From: an uncultured Eubacteriales bacterium
GTDB lineage: Bacteria; Bacillota; Clostridia; Oscillospirales; CAG-272
DNA: 64,000 nt
Assembly (NCBI GenBank): GCA_934486825.1
Contig: CAKSQF010000003.1
Location: 25,771-89,770, forward strand
Direction: 5' to 3'
Shown: positions 1 through 6,844 of the stretch, one piece after another
Numbering within the stretch: position 1 is the stretch's first letter
Layout of the letters: each line of letters begins with the position of its first letter
Program-made: the position numbers and the translations under genes
Notes under the pieces: model-generated
What the model was told of the DNA's origin: nothing
The model's input: only the letters and a program-made list of their open reading frames with translations
Database searches by the model: none

Positions 1-46
1 TCTGACCGTGCTTTTTCAGCAGGTCAAGTGTTTCATTGTAATTCAT
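1..46 (-). CDS. 5' end of a small ORF of unknown function (MNYNETLDLLKKHGQ...); it runs off the window
   Basis: ATG at 46 on the minus strand, preceded by GGAGG (52-56) and a TGgTATAAT-like -10 further upstream. Only 15 codons are visible. Confidence 0.3.
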   Translation of the reverse strand, partial: MNYNETLDLLKKHGQ

Positions 47-169
47 ACAGAACCTCCGTAAAAAGGATTGATCTTATGTATATATTATACCAAATTGACG
101 TTTGTTTGTAAATAGTTTTTTTCGAAAAAAGCCGCGAAAAAAGCGCATTTTTGCAAAAAAGCAAAAAAA

Positions 170-565
170 TCAGCTTCGTGCTGCCGGGGCGGAGCGCGGA
201 TCGGCGGAGAAAATATCTCCTCTGCCGATAATGCGCCTGCGGATACGGTAAGCGGTGTCGCGGCTGACATCCATAGCCTCGGCGGTCGCTTCCATCGTAA
301 GACCCTGCCGGTAGCGCAGCTTCAGATACAGACGCTCCTGCGCCCTTCGTCCGGCTTCCTTCGGACAGGAGGCACAGGTGACGTAATCGTCAAGAAAAGC
401 CTCGGCTGAGAGAACAGACGATTTGAGTGAGCTTGCGGCTGATCGCAGGGAATCAAGACGATTACTTTCCTTGCCGTAATGCTCAAGTCTGCCGATTTCC
501 GCTTCTATTGAAGCAAGCAGCATCCGGTCGGAGCTGTATTTTTCAAAATAGTTGATCCAATTCAA
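170..565 (-). CDS. sigma-70 region-4-like transcriptional regulator of the phage/ICE type (DUF1492-like)
   Basis: The C-terminal segment ERLYLKLRYRQGLTMEATAEAMDVSRDTAYRIRRRII reads as a sigma-70 region 4 HTH. The start is TTG, 7 nt after AAGGAAG. The ORF is 131 aa. Confidence 0.5.
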   Translation of the reverse strand: MNWINYFEKYSSDRMLLASIEAEIGRLEHYGKESNRLDSLRSAASSLKSSVLSAEAFLDDYVTCASCPKEAGRRAQERLYLKLRYRQGLTMEATAEAMDVSRDTAYRIRRRIIGRGDIFSADPRSAPAARS

Positions 566-790
566 AAAAATCTTCCTTTCTCTGAGTATTTACAGGTATA
601 CCATACGGTCGGTTTGCGGGGCGACCGCGGGAGAGTATGAAAACCACCGTAATTCGGCAGGCTGAGCCGAAAACGACAGCGGTCGGAACAGTTGAGTTTG
701 CTTGTTTCTTAACACGCGCGGCGCGGTGTGAACCGCGCGGGGCAGTCGCGGTTCGCATCCGGTCGGTTTAAGCAAACGAACAAATGTTCT
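566..790 (-). promoter_or_regulatory. long GC-rich structured 5' leader of the sigma-like gene; unclassified candidate cis-regulatory RNA
   Basis: It lies between a near-consensus promoter (797-825) and the start codon at 565. On the plus strand it contains CGGTCGG three times (606-612, 680-686, 760-766). It also has several perfect hairpins, for example GAACCGCG/CGCGGTTC and UUCGGC/GCCGAA. ORFs called here have no RBS or coding character. Confidence 0.4.
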
Positions 791-796
791 TTTTTG

Positions 797-825
797 ATTA
801 TAGCACAAACGATCGTGAAAATCAA
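797..825 (-). promoter_or_regulatory. sigma-A-type promoter with an extended -10
   Basis: Minus strand reads TTGATT-17 nt-TATAAT, with TGc immediately upstream of the -10 (TGcTATAAT). Confidence 0.5.
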
Positions 826-1247
826 TAGAACTACCGAAAAAAATCAAAATATTTTTTCTTCCACGTTTTGTTCGGAAAGTGATGAAAATTTGTCGGCTGT
901 GTGTGCTTCGTCTGAATTTTTGTGCAAATTGCGAAGATGTAAAAAATCACATGTGAAAATTGTGCAAAATGCACAGCGCTTTTACGACAGCTGACATGCT
1001 GCATCGGTTCAAAAAAGTAAATAAAAATTACTGCAAAACGCATCTTGAATCACTGTTTATATTATTGTGCTAATAAAAAGGAAAATCGCTTATTTGAGTA
1101 AACTATATTTACATGTGCGATCAAACGACTGACAAGCCAAAAGACACTCACGGAAGGGTGTGAACACGTGGAAGATGCTGCCTTGATTTTTTTCAAAAAA
1201 AATGACATCACCGCTGTTTTTGCTCTCTCAATGTCTTTTGCGGCAAC

Positions 1248-1276
1248 TTGACAACCCGGCTCATGTGTGATAATAT
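1248..1276 (+). promoter_or_regulatory. sigma-A-type promoter of the 13-kb transport operon
   Basis: TTGACA (1248-1253), a 17-nt spacer, then TAATAT (1271-1276), preceded by TGa (extended -10). Confidence 0.55.
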
Positions 1277-1423
1277 ATACTCACGTTTCGGGGAGACGCC
1301 TGCTGCTGTGAGGCGACAACCGTTTCTTCGCAGACAGGCGGTTACCGCAAGAAGCTGCTTTGCGATCGTTTGATCGCTTTTCGGTGCAGAACCATTCCGG
1401 TGCTTCCTTCATTATATTATATC

Positions 1424-1460
1424 GTCGGGGGTCCGGATTGCCCCGACGGCAATTTTTATC
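1424..1460 (+). terminator. terminator-like hairpin inside the operon leader; possible attenuator
   Basis: CGTCGGGG / CCCCGACG 8-bp stem followed by GCAATTTTTA, about 70 nt upstream of the start codon. Two further hairpins flank it: GCGATC/GATCGC+TTTT at about 1361-1382, and a 9-bp stem at about 1467-1491. Confidence 0.35.
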
Positions 1461-1529
1461 ATTCCGGAGCTCTTGCGGTCGCAGATCGGTGCGATCGCGC
1501 GCACATTTATTTTAGGAGGAAAAGTCAAA

Positions 1530-4500
1530 ATGAAACTGACAAAGAAGACAAGACTGCTTGCCGGATTTCTTGCGGCTCTTCTGATTGTGGGACCGGGAAC
1601 GGTTGCCGCATCGGCTGACGAAAACCGCAGCAGGTCTAATGCTTCTTCGGGTGGCAGCTACGAAACGCCGTCGCTTACCGAGCTTCTCAACACAATCAAG
1701 TATTCGGAGTACAGGGCTAAATACGTTGACATTGCACCCGGTTCTGAGTCCGCCGTACTTGCGGGTGATTCTATCGTTTCGTTTACCGAAAAGATCACGA
1801 ATGCGCCGGGTACAAAGGAAGTTGTTCTCGAAAACGGGACAAAGCTGCTTTATCTGCCTTCCGACGGCGTCGTCGGCTGGACGCTTGATATGCCGTCCGC
1901 GGGCATGTACAACATTGTTATAACCTATTATCCCGTTGAGGATATCGATGCCTCGACCGGTAAGACCGATTCGAAGACGACATCGATCGAAAGAACTCTT
2001 TTTGTCAACGAAAAGGTTCCTTTCTACGAAGCGCGTTTTCTTACCATGACAAAATCATGGGAGGATATTGATTCGACCCTGCAGAAGGATGCCGACGGCA
2101 ATCAGATTTACAAAATCGTCGATGCTTCGGGCAAGGTTAAATACCCCTATGTGGATATAAACGGCAACTGCCTTGAACGCGATCTTTCGTCCGGAAAGCT
2201 TGCTTTTGCCAAGACCGGCGATGCCCTTGATGTTGACAAGCTTATATCCGAGGGATATCAGAAGTATCCCGCATATCAGAACGATATCAACGGCAACGAA
2301 ATAAAGTCGGAAAAGCAGCTTGTGCTTTCCTCGACGAAGACCTATTTCAACGAAACGCTCGGAATCAACACGCGCATCGGAGAAAGAAAAACATATACCG
2401 CATGCGATTCGACCGGTTACTTCACCGAGCCGCTTGAGTTCTACTTTGACAAGGGTGAAAACACAATACAGCTTCAGGCACAGCGCGAATCGATGGCTAT
2501 CGAATCGATCAGCATTGTTCCTGTAGAAAAGAAGATGTCCTACACGGATTATCTGAAGCTTCACGAGGATGCCCGGGACTATTCGGGAAGCGCCGTGAAG
2601 ATTCAGGCGGAATATCCGCTTGCAACTTCGGAAAACACGGTTTACCCGACGAATGACAGAACCTCCTACATAACCGAACCGCAGGACGCGTCGCAGCTGC
2701 TTCTCAATGCGATCGGCGGCGACGGCGGTGAAAAGTGGAAGAACATCGGTCAGTGGGTGCGCTGGAACATCGAGGTTCCCGAGACCGGCTGGTATCAGAT
2801 CACGCTTCGCTTCAAGCAGAGCGTGCTTGAAGGAACCTTCTCGTCGAGAACTCTCCGCGTAGCTACCGCGAGCATGCTTGCCGAAGGTAAGCTGCCCGAG
2901 ATTCCGTTTGAGGAAGCTTATTATCTGCAGTTCAACTACAGAGACGACTGGCAGACCGCGGCACTCAACGACGGTAGCACGACCTTCAAGATCTACCTTG
3001 AAAAGGGCGTCAATCAGATAGAGCTTGAGTCGTCGCTCGGCAACATGGCAGAGATACTCCGCCGTGTAAATGCGTCGATGACGACGGTCAATGCGATCTA
3101 TATCAAAATACTGATGATTACCGGTTCGGAACCGGACTCAAACCGTGACTACGGATTTTACCGCATAATGCCGGATGATGTTGACGAGCTTCTCCGTCAG
3201 GCGAGAGAGCTTGAATCGATCTCCGAGGCATTCAGCAAGGTGACCAAATCGACAGGTTCGCATGCAAAGACCCTTGACAAGGTCGCGATGCTCCTTGAGC
3301 GTATGGGCTCGGACGAGAGCAAGATCGCCGGCAACCTTGACAACCTGAAGGAAAACCTCGGTACGCTCGGAACATGGCTTCAGACCTCGACCGAGCAGCC
3401 CCTTGAGATCGACTACATAATAGCCGAAGCTCCCGGAACCGATGTTGGTAAAACCCACAAAGCAAACGACTCCTTCTTACAGGCGTTCTGGTTTGAGATG
3501 ATCCAGTTCGCACGTTCGTTTGTATCCGATTACAACACTCTCGGATCCATGGAGGTTGTAAGCGAAGGAAACACCGTTGAGGTCTGGACAACGCTCGGAC
3601 GCGACCAGGCTCAGATAATCCGAAATCTTATAAATACCGATTTCAATAAGACTCACCCCGGAATTTCGGTTGAGCTTAAGCTTGTCGCCGGGGGCTCGTT
3701 GCTTCCGTCGGTTCTCGCGGGCGTCGGACCCGATGTTTCAATGGGTCACGGCTCGGGTGATGTAATCAACTGGGCAATACGTTCGGCGGTCGTTCCGCTT
3801 AACGATATGGAAGGAATTGAAGAAGTCGTCGGAAAGTTTGACGAAAAAGAGGGTTATCTCGGCGGACACTTTACCGAGAGCGGTGATTTCGTTGACGGAT
3901 ATTTCACGCAGGCGGCAATTATTCCGCTTGAACTGTTCGGCGAATTCGATCCGGACGGTGACGGCAAGGATTTTGAAACAAACGTGACTCTTTACGGACT
4001 TCCCGAAACCCAGTCCTTCTCGATGATGTTCTATCGTGCCGATGTCTTCCAGAACCTCGGCATCAATCCTCCGAAAACATGGGACGAACTTGTTGCGGCT
4101 CTTCCGATTCTCCAGAACAACCACATGGAAATCGCGATGCCCAACTCGCTCGGAGGACTCAACCTGTTCAACTATCAGATGGGCGGAGACCTTTATGCCG
4201 ACAACGGAAAAAGAATAGGTCTTGATACAGACGTCGCTCTTACCGCGTTCGACTACATGTGCTCCTTCTTCTCAAAATATAAATGTCCTTATACCTACAA
4301 CTTCGCCACCAGATTCAGAACCGGCGAGATTCCGATGGGTATCATGGATTACACGACTTACACACAGCTTTCGGTATATGCAACCGAGATCAGAGGTCTG
4401 TGGGAGTTCGTTGCTCTTCCCGGTGTTGTTCAGTACGATGACGCAGGCAATGTTACCGGCGTTAACAACACATCGGTCTCCGGAGTGTCCGCACTCATCA

Positions 4501-4931
4501 TGCTTCATGATGACAAGCGCACGGAGGAGCAGACCGCTCACGCATGGGAATACATGAAATGGTATGTCGGAGCCGAAAACCAGTCGTCTTACGCAAATGA
4601 GCTGACAGCACTTCTCGGCACCGTTTCAAAGCACAATACTGCGAATGTTGAGGCGCTGTCCTCTCTGTCATGGACTACCAGCGAATACAAGAACCTTATG
4701 AGCCAGTTCAACAATCTTTCGGCTGTCCGCGAGTATCCCGGCGGATATATAATCGGACGTTATGTTTCGTTCGCCTTCCTCGCTGTTTACAATAACAACG
4801 CGGTACCGACCGAATCGATACTTGATTATATAGTCGAGATAAACAAGGAAATCAGCAGAAAACGTAAGGAATTCAACATGACCTATTATGAGATAACTCA
4901 GAACAGCAGTTTTGTTGAAGAAGCGGGTTAG
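1530..4931 (+). CDS. extracellular solute-binding protein (CUT1-like sugar ABC SBP) with a roughly 600-aa N-terminal extension
   Basis: AGGAGG (1514-1519) precedes ATG 1530. The signal peptide is MKLTKKTRLLAGFLAALLIVGPGTVAASA. The C-terminal 500-odd aa look like a family-1 SBP (VEVWTTLGRDQAQIIRNLINTDFNKTHPGISVELKLV..., GLPETQSFSMMFYRADVF). The gene sits directly upstream of permease genes. Confidence 0.8.
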   Translation: MKLTKKTRLLAGFLAALLIVGPGTVAASADENRSRSNASSGGSYETPSLTELLNTIKYSEYRAKYVDIAPGSESAVLAGDSIVSFTEKITNAPGTKEVVLENGTKLLYLPSDGVVGWTLDMPSAGMYNIVITYYPVEDIDASTGKTDSKTTSIERTLFVNEKVPFYEARFLTMTKSWEDIDSTLQKDADGNQIYKIVDASGKVKYPYVDINGNCLERDLSSGKLAFAKTGDALDVDKLISEGYQKYPAYQNDINGNEIKSEKQLVLSSTKTYFNETLGINTRIGERKTYTACDSTGYFTEPLEFYFDKGENTIQLQAQRESMAIESISIVPVEKKMSYTDYLKLHEDARDYSGSAVKIQAEYPLATSENTVYPTNDRTSYITEPQDASQLLLNAIGGDGGEKWKNIGQWVRWNIEVPETGWYQITLRFKQSVLEGTFSSRTLRVATASMLAEGKLPEIPFEEAYYLQFNYRDDWQTAALNDGSTTFKIYLEKGVNQIELESSLGNMAEILRRVNASMTTVNAIYIKILMITGSEPDSNRDYGFYRIMPDDVDELLRQARELESISEAFSKVTKSTGSHAKTLDKVAMLLERMGSDESKIAGNLDNLKENLGTLGTWLQTSTEQPLEIDYIIAEAPGTDVGKTHKANDSFLQAFWFEMIQFARSFVSDYNTLGSMEVVSEGNTVEVWTTLGRDQAQIIRNLINTDFNKTHPGISVELKLVAGGSLLPSVLAGVGPDVSMGHGSGDVINWAIRSAVVPLNDMEGIEEVVGKFDEKEGYLGGHFTESGDFVDGYFTQAAIIPLELFGEFDPDGDGKDFETNVTLYGLPETQSFSMMFYRADVFQNLGINPPKTWDELVAALPILQNNHMEIAMPNSLGGLNLFNYQMGGDLYADNGKRIGLDTDVALTAFDYMCSFFSKYKCPYTYNFATRFRTGEIPMGIMDYTTYTQLSVYATEIRGLWEFVALPGVVQYDDAGNVTGVNNTSVSGVSALIMLHDDKRTEEQTAHAWEYMKWYVGAENQSSYANELTALLGTVSKHNTANVEALSSLSWTTSEYKNLMSQFNNLSAVREYPGGYIIGRYVSFAFLAVYNNNAVPTESILDYIVEINKEISRKRKEFNMTYYEITQNSSFVEEAG

Positions 4932-4983
4932 TCCTGTAAAACAATGAAAAATACGAAATTTCAGAATAAGGAGAGGATTGCAG

Positions 4984-5952
4984 GTGTCAGCTAAAACGGC
5001 TAACAATACTCAGGACGTGCAGGTAAAAAAGCCCGTCGCGAGAAAAGATATGACCAAAATGCAGTGGACACTCAAGGAAATGAGACGCAACTGGTTTGCA
5101 TACATAATGCTTGCCCCGTACTATCTTATCTTCCTGACATTCACCATCATTCCCGTCGTTGTATCGCTTGTCCTGAGCTTTACATCATTCAATATGTTGG
5201 AGCCTCCGACATTTATATTCATGCAGAATTACATCAGACTCTTTCTTGACGATGATATCTTCATTCTTGCATGTCAGAACACGCTTATATTTGCGGCGAT
5301 CACGGGTCCCGTATCATATTTGCTTTCATTCCTCGTTGCATGGTTCATCAACGAGCTTTCGCCGAAGATCAGAGCGATCGTTACTCTGATCTTCTATGCG
5401 CCGAACATTGCCGGATCGGTATACATGATCTGGTCGGTGGCATTCTCGTCCGACTCGTACGGATATGTCAACGGTCTGCTTCTTTATCTCGATCTTATCG
5501 ACAAGCCGATAGCTTTCTTCCAGGATGCCGATTACGTCATGCCGCTTTGTATAGTGGTTGCACTCTGGACGTCGCTCGGCACGGCGTTCCTGTCATTCAT
5601 TGCGGGTCTTCAGGTTGTTGACCGTTCGCTTTACGAAGCGGCAGCGGTTGACGGTGTCAAGAACCGCTGGCAGGAGCTTTGGTATGTCACACTGCCGTAC
5701 ATGAAGCCTCAGCTCATGTTCGGTGCGATACTTGCAATAACCGGATCATTCGGTTTCGGCGGTATCGTTGACGCACTTGCCGGTAACCCGTCGGTCGATT
5801 ACTGTGCATGGACGATAACCCATCACCTGAACGACTACGGCGGCGCAAGGTATGAGATCGGTTATGCGTCTGCGATCGCAACGGTGCTCTTTATCATAAT
5901 GATAGGTGCAAACGCGGCGGTCAAGAAAATTCTATCGAAAGTGGGGCAGTAA
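4984..5952 (+). CDS. sugar ABC transporter permease (MalF-type, pair 1)
   Basis: Multi-TM protein with the EAA loop AGLQVVDRSLYEAAAVDGVKNRWQELWYVTLPYMKP. GTG 4984 lies 7 nt after GGAGAGG; the ORF track opens at TTG 4978. Confidence 0.85.
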   Translation: MSAKTANNTQDVQVKKPVARKDMTKMQWTLKEMRRNWFAYIMLAPYYLIFLTFTIIPVVVSLVLSFTSFNMLEPPTFIFMQNYIRLFLDDDIFILACQNTLIFAAITGPVSYLLSFLVAWFINELSPKIRAIVTLIFYAPNIAGSVYMIWSVAFSSDSYGYVNGLLLYLDLIDKPIAFFQDADYVMPLCIVVALWTSLGTAFLSFIAGLQVVDRSLYEAAAVDGVKNRWQELWYVTLPYMKPQLMFGAILAITGSFGFGGIVDALAGNPSVDYCAWTITHHLNDYGGARYEIGYASAIATVLFIIMIGANAAVKKILSKVGQ

Positions 5953-5954
5953 CG

Positions 5955-6836
5955 ATGGCAAGAGTATCGAAATTAAGAACAAGAAAACATACCGTCGTTC
6001 TGAACCGTTCAAAGGGTGGAGACGCCGGAATCGCTTTCTTCCTTATAATTATGGGCGCATTCATGTTCCTGCCCATGCTTTATACGATCATGCAGTCGCT
6101 CAAGCCGCTTGACGAGCTTTGGGTTTTCCCTCCGAAATTCTATGTTACGTCACCGACGCTCAAGAATTTCAAGGACCTGTTCAAGCTGATGAATCAGAAC
6201 TGGGTGCCTTTTTCCAGATACCTCTTCAACACGATTCTTATATCGGTCGGAGGAACCTTCGGTAACCTGTTCCTTTCATCAATGGCGGCATACGTCCTGT
6301 CAAAGATCAAGTTCCCGGGCAGGGACGGACTGTTCCAGCTTATCGTTCTTTCGCTGATGTTCCATCAGACGGTCGGTGCGATAGCGAACTTCATTATAAT
6401 GTCGAGACTTCATTGGGTCGATACGCTCTGGGCGATAATCATACCCGCATGGGGATCGACGCTCGGACTATATCTTATGAAACAGTTCATGGAGTCGTCG
6501 GTTTCGGACGCGGTTCTTGAATCCGCGCGCCTTGACGGTGCAAGCGAACTTCGTACCTTCTGGACGATAGCGATGCCGATGGTCAAACCGGCATGGCTGA
6601 CGCTTATAGTTTACTCCTTCAAAGATCTGTGGAACACTGGCTCCACGATCTATGTTTACTCCGAACAGCTCAAGACCTTCAGCTATGCGATAGGACAGAT
6701 CCTGTCGGGCGGTATCGTGCGTTCGGGTGCGGGAGCAGCCTCAACCGTCGTTATGATGATCGTGCCGATTGCGGTGTTTGTCATATCGCAGTCGAACATT
6801 ATCGAGACGATGGCATCGTCCGGTATGAAGGATTAA
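5955..6836 (+). CDS. carbohydrate ABC transporter permease (MalG-type, pair 1)
   Basis: EAA loop ESARLDGASELRTFWTIAMPMVKPAW, six predicted TM segments, and a 3-nt gap to the upstream permease. Confidence 0.85.
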   Translation: MARVSKLRTRKHTVVLNRSKGGDAGIAFFLIIMGAFMFLPMLYTIMQSLKPLDELWVFPPKFYVTSPTLKNFKDLFKLMNQNWVPFSRYLFNTILISVGGTFGNLFLSSMAAYVLSKIKFPGRDGLFQLIVLSLMFHQTVGAIANFIIMSRLHWVDTLWAIIIPAWGSTLGLYLMKQFMESSVSDAVLESARLDGASELRTFWTIAMPMVKPAWLTLIVYSFKDLWNTGSTIYVYSEQLKTFSYAIGQILSGGIVRSGAGAASTVVMMIVPIAVFVISQSNIIETMASSGMKD

Positions 6837-6844
6837 GGGGGTAT

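Noticed and set aside
590-994. Three ORFs (590-847 minus, 543-758 minus and 728-994 plus) lie in the 950-bp gap.
   Set aside because: They have no RBS and overlap each other. Their Arg/Pro-rich or Cys-rich translations coincide with the hairpin-dense region, which is better explained as structured RNA or regulatory DNA.
1-1043. The left end could be the edge of a prophage or ICE, given the sigma-like DUF1492-type regulator, a small downstream ORF and AT-rich DNA.
   Set aside because: No integrase, att-like direct repeat, tRNA or phage structural gene is visible in the window. The idea cannot be supported without the upstream sequence.
1473-1529. The SBP ORF could start at 1473.
   Set aside because: AGGAGG at 1514-1519 sits at ideal spacing for ATG 1530. 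MKLTKKTRLL... is also a proper signal peptide start. The upstream extension lies inside leader hairpins.
6593-6844. The ORF track extends the NHL/Yip1 gene upstream to 6593, giving 809 aa.
   Set aside because: The extension overlaps the 3' end of the MalG-type permease in another frame and has odd composition (MADAYSLLLQRSVEHW...). It also lacks an RBS. ATG 6845 gives a textbook signal peptide right after the permease stop.
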